Origin: Synechococcales cyanobacterium VAR_4_metabat_354
Lineage (GTDB): Bacteria; Cyanobacteriota; Cyanobacteriia; Cyanobacteriales; Chamaesiphonaceae
NCBI GenBank assembly: GCA_031414775.1
Contig: JANOQI010000011.1
Span: forward strand, 1 to 64,000
Direction: 5' to 3'
Length of the DNA: 64,000 nt
Shown: one piece after another, positions 37,756 to 48,449 of the stretch
Layout of the letters: each line of letters starts with the position of its first letter
Position numbering within the stretch: position 1 is the first letter of the stretch
Made by a program: the position numbers and the translations under genes
The notes under the pieces: generated by a model
What the model saw: the letters and a program-made list of their open reading frames with translations, nothing else
Database searches by the model: none
Told to the model about the DNA's origin: nothing

Positions 37756-39123
37756 ATGCTAGAATTGTTTGCCTCTGGTTTAGCTAATAGCTGGCTGAAT
37801 AACACTCAGATTTTGTCGGCACCCTACGACCCCGTGCCGTTAGTTAGCACTTGGCAAGGTCTACCCTTACTGAACCCGCCACAAGCCATCGAACAGCCGG
37901 TCAAAAAGTCGATCGAACAATACTTGCAAACCCTCCAAACCATGGGCTTAGATCCCCAAAAGCAGGGAATTTGGCTGCAAACAGACAGTGTAGGTCTGGT
38001 TAATTATCAAGCCCAAATGCCCCTACCAGCAGCTTCTTTGACCAAATCGGCTACCACTCTCGCCGCCCTCAAAACTTGGGGCATCAATAAGCGTTTCGAT
38101 ACCAACATTGGTATTACTGGACAAGTGCAGCAGGGGATCTTAGATGGCGATCTAGTAATTCAGGGTGCTGGCGACCCGCTGTTTGTCTCCGAGGACGCAC
38201 GGGCTCTAGGCGTTGCCCTCCATCAAATGGGGATTCAGCAGGTCAATGGCAACTTGGTAATAGTTGGCAACTTTGTCATGAACTACCAAAGAGATTCTAA
38301 AAAATCGGGAGAGCTGCTCAAACAATTTTTGGGCGGCACCTCAACACCCCAGAAAACAGCTAGAAAACAGCTGGAAAAAGTGGCGGCTGTTCCAGAGAAA
38401 TTCCCGGTCAAAATTGTTGGCCAAGTTGTAGTCACCGATCAACTGCCACCCCAAGCTGGAGCTATTATTCGCCACCAATCCCTGCCCCTCTTAGATATCC
38501 TGCGGGAAATGAATATTTATAGTAACAATGACATCGCTCAAATGTTAGCAGATGGAGTCGGTGGACATGATGTAATTATGCAAATTGCGACTACCAACGC
38601 GGGCTTTACTGCCGCCGAAATCCAGTTAATTAACGGTTCTGGCCTGGGAATGGAAAATCAGATTGCCCCTTATGCGGCCAGTCAAATTTTTCGGGCGATT
38701 CATGGCTTAGTCCAACCCCAAGGATTAACCATTGCTGATTTATTTCCATCCTCCGGTCTGGATACGAGAGGAAGTATGATCGATCGACATCTACCGGTAG
38801 GAACCACCGTTAAAACTGGTACCTTAAATGAAGTTAGTGCTCTAACCGGAGCATTACCAACTCGCGATCGAGGGTTAGTGTGGTTTACAATTATCAATCG
38901 AGGCGCAAAAATTGTCGAGCTGCGCCAGCAACAAGACAAATTGCTTCAAACCCTCTTCAGCTATTGGGGCAAAACCACTACTGTACCGGGGGGTATTCAA
39001 CGACAAAACACCATTCCAGCCTATTTGGGAGATCCGCAACGCAATGAGATTTTGGTGAAGTTGCCATCGATCGGTAACTTTTTGCCCGACCGCAAAATTC
39101 AGCCCAGGGTATCTGAACCATGA
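37756..39123 (+). CDS. dacB: D-alanyl-D-alanine carboxypeptidase/endopeptidase (peptidase S13, PBP4)
   Basis: SxxK (ASLTK), GDP, SNN and KTGTL motifs. Confidence 0.9.
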   Translation: MLELFASGLANSWLNNTQILSAPYDPVPLVSTWQGLPLLNPPQAIEQPVKKSIEQYLQTLQTMGLDPQKQGIWLQTDSVGLVNYQAQMPLPAASLTKSATTLAALKTWGINKRFDTNIGITGQVQQGILDGDLVIQGAGDPLFVSEDARALGVALHQMGIQQVNGNLVIVGNFVMNYQRDSKKSGELLKQFLGGTSTPQKTARKQLEKVAAVPEKFPVKIVGQVVVTDQLPPQAGAIIRHQSLPLLDILREMNIYSNNDIAQMLADGVGGHDVIMQIATTNAGFTAAEIQLINGSGLGMENQIAPYAASQIFRAIHGLVQPQGLTIADLFPSSGLDTRGSMIDRHLPVGTTVKTGTLNEVSALTGALPTRDRGLVWFTIINRGAKIVELRQQQDKLLQTLFSYWGKTTTVPGGIQRQNTIPAYLGDPQRNEILVKLPSIGNFLPDRKIQPRVSEP

Positions 39124-41981
39124 CTTCGGGAAATATAGCGGAAAATGTTGATGAGCTTAACCAGCGCGCACTAAGCACCCTGTCACGATCCATTACAGTT
39201 TCTCAGGGGAGGTTCGCCTTAACATTAGTTCGCTGTAACTACACTACACTACAACATCGTTTAGCGCATAGCTTAAAAGCTATATGCCCAATTCAAATTC
39301 AAGAATTCATCCTGCCGCCTCATCCAGAAAATTTGTGGCAACCGATTCTGAATGCTACTACTCACCAGCGGCAAACGGCTTTAATGGTTTTTGGCATCGC
39401 CGATGTCTGCAACCTCCCAACGCTGCTGCGTAATTTAGAAATAGAAAGAGTCAGCCTGAGCAGTCATTGTCAGCTACCGATTGTGCTATGGCTAAATGAA
39501 GAAACACTGAGTTATCTCGTCAAGCTAGCTCCGTATTTTTATGCCAGTACGGTTACAGCTATTACATTACTGCCTAGTCTCACTGAGCTAAATATCCTAT
39601 GGCGGGAAATTTCTGACCAGTTATTTGGGAAAATATTGACAACGGGGCTAGATCATTTTCACCCAAACGAACAATTGGGTTATGGCCTGCCCACCAAATT
39701 CCGTCAAGAACTAAAAGCAGCCACCAAAGACTTAAAAAGTAAAGGAGCGGTACCATTAGCGCTTACGGCTACTTGGCACTTAATTTTGGGTCGTGATGAT
39801 CATACCCAAGGCAAGCTGGGTGAAGCTTTAGTGCATTATCAAAAAAGCTTGCAGATTTGGGAGCAGCTGCAAAACCAAGCTGTCACCGGCGAACTGGTGG
39901 CATTTACTCACAATGCTCTCCAAACCCGCTGGGCAATACTTAAGTTACACATGGGTTGGTGTTATCAACAGCAAGCAATAGGTGCCGCGACCCACGGGCA
40001 ATTGGCTAGAGATGCATTTTTGTCCGTTGTTAGAGTTTTTGAGCAGCAGCAGCGGTGGGATACGGTGCGGCAAGTACTCACCCTGAGCGGCGATACCCTA
40101 CGCGCCATGGGCAATTGGCTAGAGTTAGAAAATATTGCTAATAGTGTCTTGGCCGAAAAGGAACTTCAGCGTCAACCGCTAAACATAGCTCAAGCACATG
40201 GCTTTTTAGCAGAAGTAGCGCTACACAACAGTGATTTCAAACGCGCTGCTGACCAGGCTCACTATGCTTTGAGCCTGACCCAGCAATATCAATTAGATAG
40301 TCAGCTCGGCAATGTCAATTTAGCACGGTATTTACTACTGGTAGCTAAGATTGAGGCCCGCTCTGGAGAATTCTTGATTGCCTTGAATCATTTGGAAAGA
40401 GCACAGGTAGAAGTGCCAAATGATTCTCAACTTTACCTGGATATCATTCAGGAGCTACGCCTACTCTACTACCACCAAGGTCAGTTCTGGGAATCTTTTC
40501 AAGCGAAGCAACAGCATCAGTTTTTTCGGCATCAACAAGGTTTAACGGCTTTTGTGGGGACAGCCGCCTCTCTCGATCAACCCTTGGCCATCGGACGAGA
40601 GCAAGATGTGCAGGAGCTAGTCGATCGACTGAGTAATGAAAACCAAAAACTAGTAGTCTTACATGGCGAAAGTGGGATGGGGAAAAGTTCGCTGTTACAT
40701 GGTGGTGTAATACCGGCTTTGCATGGTCAAATAGTGGCTGATCGACAGGTCGTAGTTGCCGCGCTGAAAACCTATCAAGATTGGACAACACAACTGTCCG
40801 AAAGTTTATCAGATGCAGTGGGGCATTCCGCTAGGCCAGGAGCTGCGACTCTAGGGCAAATTCAACAGCAACTTCATATCAATATCAACAATCAGTTACT
40901 GACAGTGCTGGTTTTTGACCAATTCGAGGAATTCTTTGTAGTATCGTCACCAGCCACCCAACGCCAGGAATTCTATCAGTTCTTCCAGGCTTGTCTGGTT
41001 CTACCGCACGTCAAAATTCTATTGGCAATCCGTCAAGCTAGTTTGCATCATTTGCTGGAGCTAGAGCGCTGTATCGATTTAAGTCTGATTGGTAAAAGTC
41101 TCCTCGATCGACAGATTCGCTATCAGCTCCGCAACTTTAGCATTAGTCAAGCCCAGACAGTGATTAGTAGCTTAACGAACAATTGCCACTACTATATTGA
41201 GCCAGCGCTAGTCGATCAGCTAGTTAGCGATCTGGCAGATGAATATGCTGAAATACCGCCAGCCCAGATTCAGGTAATTGGGGCACAACTCCAAGCCGAA
41301 AATGTTAAAACTTTAGGTCAATATTTTCAGCTCAGCCAAAAACCCCAGCAATATTTAATTGAACGGGCTTTAGAAGAAGCTAAACGCGATTGTGGCCAGG
41401 AAAACTTAGAAGCTGTGATAACTGCACTTTTTTTGTTGACTGATAGCCGAGGAAATCGACCACAACGCACTTTTTCCCAGTTGCTGCCAGCAACAGCAAC
41501 GACTGGAGGTAAGCATAGCGAAAAACTGCACCGGAGCAGTAACGTCTCGACATTATCCTCTCCACATAACTACTATGCCCAACTTTTACTATTGCTAAAT
41601 ATTTTGGTGGGATCAGGTTTGATTGCTTGCACCAAGTCTGAACCAGAACATCTCTATCAATTAGTCCATGATGATTTGGTGGAAATTATCCGATCGACAT
41701 ATCTAGCTCAACAGCAAGATCCTGCTCCCAGTAGAAGATCTAGGGTTAAATCGCCCAATAAGTCAATGATTAGGAAGTCTCAAGTTTACAGCAAAAAAGC
41801 TTGGTTGCAATGGATACAGCCGATCGGGACTGTTATGCACCAGCTAGTTGAGAAAGTTCTCCGACATCTAGTTTGGGGAAATATAAGCACCTCAGCTATT
41901 TTGGTGATCGATCGATCGAACATGACTATAACTAAGTCAGTAAAGTCGCTGATGGCTTGCCTCATCAGAAATAAATCTTAA
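39120..41981 (+). CDS. TPR-like region plus STAND (nSTAND1-type) NTPase, without a C-terminal repeat domain
   Basis: Motifs IGREQDV, Walker A GESGMGKSS, Walker B LVFDQFEEFF and winged-helix YQLVHDDLV. Confidence 0.8.
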   Translation: MTSGNIAENVDELNQRALSTLSRSITVSQGRFALTLVRCNYTTLQHRLAHSLKAICPIQIQEFILPPHPENLWQPILNATTHQRQTALMVFGIADVCNLPTLLRNLEIERVSLSSHCQLPIVLWLNEETLSYLVKLAPYFYASTVTAITLLPSLTELNILWREISDQLFGKILTTGLDHFHPNEQLGYGLPTKFRQELKAATKDLKSKGAVPLALTATWHLILGRDDHTQGKLGEALVHYQKSLQIWEQLQNQAVTGELVAFTHNALQTRWAILKLHMGWCYQQQAIGAATHGQLARDAFLSVVRVFEQQQRWDTVRQVLTLSGDTLRAMGNWLELENIANSVLAEKELQRQPLNIAQAHGFLAEVALHNSDFKRAADQAHYALSLTQQYQLDSQLGNVNLARYLLLVAKIEARSGEFLIALNHLERAQVEVPNDSQLYLDIIQELRLLYYHQGQFWESFQAKQQHQFFRHQQGLTAFVGTAASLDQPLAIGREQDVQELVDRLSNENQKLVVLHGESGMGKSSLLHGGVIPALHGQIVADRQVVVAALKTYQDWTTQLSESLSDAVGHSARPGAATLGQIQQQLHININNQLLTVLVFDQFEEFFVVSSPATQRQEFYQFFQACLVLPHVKILLAIRQASLHHLLELERCIDLSLIGKSLLDRQIRYQLRNFSISQAQTVISSLTNNCHYYIEPALVDQLVSDLADEYAEIPPAQIQVIGAQLQAENVKTLGQYFQLSQKPQQYLIERALEEAKRDCGQENLEAVITALFLLTDSRGNRPQRTFSQLLPATATTGGKHSEKLHRSSNVSTLSSPHNYYAQLLLLLNILVGSGLIACTKSEPEHLYQLVHDDLVEIIRSTYLAQQQDPAPSRRSRVKSPNKSMIRKSQVYSKKAWLQWIQPIGTVMHQLVEKVLRHLVWGNISTSAILVIDRSNMTITKSVKSLMACLIRNKS

Positions 41982-41990
41982 AAAAAGATA

Positions 41991-42472
41991 TTAGGCGTTG
42001 CTGATTATTGAATAATTGTTGTTGGTTAGTTCGATCGCCAATATTTGTCCTTGATATTTTTGGACAAACTCAGTGATGGCCAAACTACCGGGAGCCCAAG
42101 CACTAGACAGAGCATCAATGCGGTTTTTGCGAAAAGCGGCACCGACTTGTTCGGGATTGGTGCCAACAAATTGCAGGTCGGCCAGGGTCAGACCATAGTG
42201 GTTGGCTACTTCTGAAAAGGAGTGGAACTGGCCGCTGGTGGGGCTAATCTAACTTGTTTGCCTTTAAGATCTACAAAATTATGGATCTCAGAATTTTTCT
42301 TGACTATCAGTAGAAATAAATCGCGATAGAGAACGGCGATCGATCGAGCTAAGGAACCGCTGGGGACATCAGCTTGAGCAGTAGCTAGTTGCACTTTGGC
42401 TGCTGCTAGCAGGTCAATGTTTTCGACGGTGCCACCAGTAGGAATCACGTTGATGCGAGCTTTAATTCCAAG
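41991..42472 (-). pseudogene. Frameshifted, truncated TAXI-family TRAP solute-binding protein
   Basis: One frame gives TGGTVENIDLL..VQLATAQAD..DLKGKQV. After a frameshift near 42240 another frame continues SGQFHSFSEVANHYGL..AFRKNRIDAL. No N-terminus and no C-terminal half. Confidence 0.75.
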
Positions 42473-42657
42473 AGAAAGGTCGATGCCGATACATCCCGAT
42501 CTTTAGCAATGAATTTTTTTAGCTTGCGGATCATTCACTCCTACTGTCGATCGAAACAGCCCTAACCAGTTAAAGTCAGAGCCGTCTCAATTTAAATATT
42601 TCTCAAAATCGTCAAACACTGTAAGGAAAGCGTTGCAAATTCTAACTTTTAGTCAAA

Positions 42658-42731
42658 TCGGGATGAAAGGATTCGAACCTTCGACCTCTGCTTCCCGAAA
42701 GCAGCGCGCTACCAAGCTGCGCTACATCCCG
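42658..42731 (-). tRNA. trnP: tRNA-Pro(CGG)
   Basis: CGGGATGTAGCGCAGCTTGGTAGCGCG-CTGCT-TTCGGGA-AGCAG-AGGTC-GAAGG-TTCGAAT-CCTTT-CATCCCG-A. 74 nt cloverleaf; CCA not encoded. Confidence 0.97.
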
Positions 42732-42955
42732 TTAGCCTGCTAGTATACATCAAAACCAAAAAGAGCAAAACCTTGACATTTAATAATCTAAAAAAGAATG
42801 AAGCATTAGCGAGGTCTCTTCTCTCCACAACATCCCAGTTTGAGCGATGCTTGTTAAACTGTTATTAGTACTGAATTTCTCTCCAGCTGAAACTCTCAGA
42901 TCAAGAATCAAGCCACGTTTGAAGTACTACTTTACCATTTTGATTTTAAGTGTAG

Positions 42956-43450
42956 ATGGACAGACGAACGCTACTATCAGCAGCAGTCCTTTTTGGCAGT
43001 TCTGTCAGTGGACTTTATTTTTTATCCAGGAAACCATCACCCATGACAACTTCGCCCAACGAATTTGAAATTAACAAAGCTGAAAGCGAGTGGCGCGAGC
43101 TATTGACCCCCGAGCAATTTAACGTCTTGCGGAAGCATGGCACCGAAAGAGCTGGTACTAGTACCCTCGATAAGCAATATGGTAAAGGCACCTTTGCCTG
43201 TGCTGGTTGCGACTTACCCCTATTTGTTTCGGATACCAAGTTTAATAGCGGTACTGGCTGGCCTAGTTTTTACGATCCCATTCCCAATGCAATCGCTATT
43301 TCAGTCGATCGAACATTGTTAATGAAGCGGACAGAAGTGCATTGTCGCCGCTGCGGCGGACATTTAGGACATGTTTTTGAAGATGGCCCCAAACCAACGG
43401 GGTTGCGATATTGCATGAATGGCATATCAATGAAATTCATCCCCGCCTAA
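42956..43450 (+). CDS. msrB: Peptide methionine sulfoxide reductase MsrB with a twin-arginine-like N-terminus
   Basis: Motifs GTERA, SGTGWPSF, HLGHVFEDGP and RYCMN; two CxxC. Confidence 0.95.
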   Translation: MDRRTLLSAAVLFGSSVSGLYFLSRKPSPMTTSPNEFEINKAESEWRELLTPEQFNVLRKHGTERAGTSTLDKQYGKGTFACAGCDLPLFVSDTKFNSGTGWPSFYDPIPNAIAISVDRTLLMKRTEVHCRRCGGHLGHVFEDGPKPTGLRYCMNGISMKFIPA

Positions 43451-43608
43451 TCAATCACAGTCCCAGAAATTGGCTTGATTAACCAATGGCATTTTCTGGG
43501 GAATAGGCAAGCTGCGAACAATTGTTAATATATTTTTCGCATCCGATTCCGAAAACAGTAAAATTTGTAAGCCTGGCTGCTCACCACCTTTAAAATTTTC
43601 AACTTTAA

Positions 43609-44607
<999 letters not shown>

Positions 44608-44648
44608 GTAACTAGGCACAATTAAACCTCATCATTTTTTAATATCCT

Positions 44649-45734
44649 ATGCCGCCCCCATCATTAAAACTATTGCTCATGTCCACTTCGGTAGGACCAA
44701 TAGGTTCAGGTTTGGGCGGTGGGGTGGAATTAACCCTGCATAACCTGGCGATCGAGATGCGCCGTCGTGGGCATCAAATTCAAATTGTGGCTCCCGCCGG
44801 TTCGGTACTGGCCGATTTTTCGATCGCCCAAATTCCTGGTGCCCTGCAAACTACTGCCCAAAGCCAAGCAGTCACTGATCCGATCGAGATGCCCGCCGAT
44901 GCCGTACTAGCGAATATGTGGGACTATGCACGGCAGGTACAACAAGACTACGATTTAATTTTTAATATCGCCTATGATTGGCTACCTTTTTATCTGACCC
45001 CCTGGTTTCAGAAGCCGATCGCTCACTTTATTAGCATGGGTTCTTTAATCACCGCCCTGGATCTGGTGATGGAAACAGTAGCTATAAATTTTCCTGGATC
45101 GATCGGAGTCTGTAGCAAAACTCAAGCCGCCACTTTTAAATTTGGTAATCATTGTCGAATTCTCGGAGGCGCAGGACTAGATCTCAGCCTTTATCAATAT
45201 CAACCGCAACCAGAATCGTGCTTAGCTTTCTTAGGACGCATTGCTCCTGAAAAAGGACTAGAAGATGCCGTCGCCGCTGCTCAGGCGACCGGGCTAAAAC
45301 TTAAAATTATGGGCAAGATTCAAGATCTTGACTACTGGCAAAAGGTTCAAGCTAATTATCCCCAAGCCAACCTAGAATATTTGGGATTTTTAGATACGGC
45401 CATGATGCAAGCCGAGGTCGGTAAATGTCAGGCGTTAATTATGACTCCGCGCTGGATTGAAGCTTTTGGCAATGTGGCGATCGAAGCTTTAGCCTGTGGC
45501 GTACCAGTGATTACTTATGCTCGCGGTGGACCCACCGAAATTGTCCGGGATAGTGAAACCGGTTTTTTGGTAGAGCCAGACAGTATCGATGGATTAATTA
45601 CAGCGATTAAAAGATTAGGGGAAATTGATAGGTTAGCTTGCCGCCGACAAGCCGAACAAGAATATTCGGCGCAAGCCTGGGGCAACCAACTGGAAGAATG
45701 GTTCACCGTAATGCATCGCTTGGCAACAAGCTAA
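44649..45734 (+). CDS. Glycosyltransferase family 4
   Basis: Motifs GRIAPEKG and EAFGNVAIEALACGVPVI. Confidence 0.9.
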   Translation: MPPPSLKLLLMSTSVGPIGSGLGGGVELTLHNLAIEMRRRGHQIQIVAPAGSVLADFSIAQIPGALQTTAQSQAVTDPIEMPADAVLANMWDYARQVQQDYDLIFNIAYDWLPFYLTPWFQKPIAHFISMGSLITALDLVMETVAINFPGSIGVCSKTQAATFKFGNHCRILGGAGLDLSLYQYQPQPESCLAFLGRIAPEKGLEDAVAAAQATGLKLKIMGKIQDLDYWQKVQANYPQANLEYLGFLDTAMMQAEVGKCQALIMTPRWIEAFGNVAIEALACGVPVITYARGGPTEIVRDSETGFLVEPDSIDGLITAIKRLGEIDRLACRRQAEQEYSAQAWGNQLEEWFTVMHRLATS

Positions 45735-45744
45735 TACTGTCAAC

Positions 45745-47388
45745 TTACAATTCGGTCTTATCAATTAATTCCACTAATTTATGCTGTAAATTTTCCTTGG
45801 CTACTTTACTCCGCTGATCGCGCATTGCCTGGGAATCCTTCTGCTCTTGCAACTGTTTTATTAGTGCAGATTGGGTCATCACTAGGCTAATCTGCTGTGC
45901 AACTTGAGATAACAGGTCAATCTCAAATTTTTCCCACTCCCGAGCCGCACGACTCATATGACCAATTAACAAACCATGAAGAGTGTTTTCGATAATTACT
46001 GGCGCTACGATATTGGCGCGAATCTCTAACCGTTCCATCATCTTCAGATGGCACTCCGTCAAATCAGCAGTATAAGCATCGCTGATTGAGGAGACTCTTC
46101 CGGCCTCATAACCATTTCTCCGGTCATTTTCCAAGCAGGTATCCATAATCTCTTCGCCACTAATTGCTTTGATTGTTGGATCAACCGATTCAACCACAAT
46201 CTCACCGACAGATTCAGCATCCATCTGGAAAAAAAGTACCCGGTCAAGATGTAAGACTTCACGGATTTCGTCCATTAACTTCAGCATAAAGTCATGGGGA
46301 CTAGTGGAATGAGGCAGCTGAGTACTGATCTGAGATAGGATCTGCAAATGCAGAGCAGTCTCCTGTAGGACAGTTTTGTCACCGACTTGCGTCTGGCTCG
46401 AAAACTGTTCGGTTAAGGCATTCTTCTCGCTAACTTCCACTTGATTTAAAACTAGTCCTAAAAAATTAGCGATGTCGGCACAAATGTCTATCTCCCACTT
46501 TTGCCAGTGACGCGTCATAGAACACTGTTGAATAAACAGCAAACCCACCAACTGGTCGCCAACCATAATGGGTGCCGCAATATTAGACTTGATTTGAGCT
46601 TGCTGATAAAGTGCTAGCTGTTCTCGCTGGAAACCGCTGGTATTGAAATCATGGACTACCAAGATCAGACCATCTCGATATCGATCGACCTCCACCATCG
46701 ATTTAGTAAAGAAGATTTCTGTCACTTGTTCAGCAACTAACGGTGAAAAATTTGGAGAAGTTTCTTGCACTAAGATCTTTCCACTCAAATTGATAGCCAA
46801 TTTATAGACAAATACTCGATCAGCTCCCAAGATTTTTTTGACCGCTTGCACTGCTTGCCGATAAATCAGTTGGGGATCAGTACTGCGCTGCGACAGCGCC
46901 AACAAATCTCTAAATAAAGAAGATTGAGCATCGACAGCTTGCTGTTGTATCAAAGACTTCCGAAAATTATCAATCAGCTGGTGAGAGCTTTTGGTCAAGC
47001 GCTCTACCTCTTGCGCATGAGTGGGTAGAGTAGTATCTGAAGACATAAATTGTCCAAAGCTACCGCCATTGGCCTGGGTAATTTCTTGATTAAGATGATA
47101 TAAATCTGTCGATAACCGTCGCACCATCAAAATTGCTAGCGTACAGCTCACTGTTCCGATCGCTAAAAACATAACGGTAAACAATATCGTCTGATTGCTG
47201 TTATCCGTCGATATTATTTGGCTGTTGAGCAAAGGTCTACGCCCCCGAGCACTCTGGTCATTTGCTACCGTAACACCTAACATTAATAATGCAATTACCC
47301 AAGTCAGAATAATCCAAAAAATTTGTTGGTTCAAACTATTGGATTTGACCAACTTTAATTTACGAGGGTTAGAGACATTATTATTCAT
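45745..47388 (-). CDS. Membrane-anchored tandem-GAF protein; second GAF is cyanobacteriochrome-like
   Basis: Two TM helices; GAF1 (ADRVFVY..SNIAAPI); GAF2 (LDRVLFF..DTCL..ECHL..RANIVAPV..REWEKFE). Ends in a coiled coil. Confidence 0.82.
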   Translation of the reverse strand: MNNNVSNPRKLKLVKSNSLNQQIFWIILTWVIALLMLGVTVANDQSARGRRPLLNSQIISTDNSNQTILFTVMFLAIGTVSCTLAILMVRRLSTDLYHLNQEITQANGGSFGQFMSSDTTLPTHAQEVERLTKSSHQLIDNFRKSLIQQQAVDAQSSLFRDLLALSQRSTDPQLIYRQAVQAVKKILGADRVFVYKLAINLSGKILVQETSPNFSPLVAEQVTEIFFTKSMVEVDRYRDGLILVVHDFNTSGFQREQLALYQQAQIKSNIAAPIMVGDQLVGLLFIQQCSMTRHWQKWEIDICADIANFLGLVLNQVEVSEKNALTEQFSSQTQVGDKTVLQETALHLQILSQISTQLPHSTSPHDFMLKLMDEIREVLHLDRVLFFQMDAESVGEIVVESVDPTIKAISGEEIMDTCLENDRRNGYEAGRVSSISDAYTADLTECHLKMMERLEIRANIVAPVIIENTLHGLLIGHMSRAAREWEKFEIDLLSQVAQQISLVMTQSALIKQLQEQKDSQAMRDQRSKVAKENLQHKLVELIDKTEL

Positions 47389-47437
47389 AGCAAGATTTCA
47401 TATTTTCTGTGCGTTGTAGTCGATTATCGATTAGTAT

Positions 47438-48133
47438 TTAAACCACATTGGCGAAAGAAGTAAGATCGTTAACCTGCCAGTTCGCAATAGTGGCATTTCG
47501 GAAATTAGCCTGGTGAAAGTTACTACCTAAAGCTTGTAAGTTAACTAGTTTAGCACCGGTAAAGTTGGCGCTGTTACAATTAGCTTCGCTCAAGTTTGCA
47601 TTACATAGATCAGTACCAATTAGCTGGGTTCGAGTTAAGTTCGCACCCGACAGATTAGCATTAGTTAAATCTGCTCTATTGAGCAAGGTTGCCGTCAAGT
47701 TAGCGGCGCGTAATTCCACCCCCAGCATAAATGCATCCTCCAAATTAGCCCGACTGAGATTCACCTCGGCCAGATTAGCCAGAGTGAGGTCGGCTTTGGC
47801 CAAATTTGCTCCAATAAGGTTAGCTGTTGTCAAGTTAACCCCACTGAGGTTAGCCTCACTCAAGTTAGCACCACGCAGATCAACAGCTCGGAGATCAGCT
47901 CCTTCCAAATTTGTACCACTCAAATTAGCAGCCCGCAAATCAGCTCCGTTTAAAATCACCGCAGTCATCTCACAGTGGCTCAAATCGACTTTACGAAACC
48001 AGAAAGCTTGTAGATTGGACATCATTAAAACAGAACCGCTCAAGTCTGGATTAATCAGTGAGTTTATATTCCGCCAATTATTCCAAGCATCTGCGCCTTT
48101 CTTGAATTGAGCCAGATGCTCCGGATTAGCCAT
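47438..48133 (-). CDS. Pentapeptide repeat protein
   Basis: Long A(N/D)LxG-type repeats; N-terminus MANPEHLA..WNNWR. Confidence 0.93.
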   Translation of the reverse strand: MANPEHLAQFKKGADAWNNWRNINSLINPDLSGSVLMMSNLQAFWFRKVDLSHCEMTAVILNGADLRAANLSGTNLEGADLRAVDLRGANLSEANLSGVNLTTANLIGANLAKADLTLANLAEVNLSRANLEDAFMLGVELRAANLTATLLNRADLTNANLSGANLTRTQLIGTDLCNANLSEANCNSANFTGAKLVNLQALGSNFHQANFRNATIANWQVNDLTSFANVV

Positions 48134-48449
48134 TTCAATTCAACCCTCAATCACCAGAATTCTTTAACATCATCTAAATATCCACTGATTCTATCTGTTT
48201 TTTTGCTTTTTGCAATTCCTATTGCTATCACAATCAGCAGAATTGCCCAAAATGAAGCCGGACAATTTTATCATTATTAATAGCCCGAAATTTGAATTAC
48301 TGACTATTAATTTAAGCTTAAATGATACTAACCCAAAATCGTAGTTCAGTAACAGGAATATGCGATAATTTGGTGGCCTATTCATAGATTATGTAGAACG
48401 TCAATTATCTGCGACATGGCAATCTGCGTGCGAGACAAGGAGAAGTATC

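Noticed and set aside
42490..42500. TACATCCCG matching the tRNA-Pro end, as a possible att site
   Set aside because: Only 9 bp, not a direct repeat of the tRNA 3' end, and no integrase nearby.
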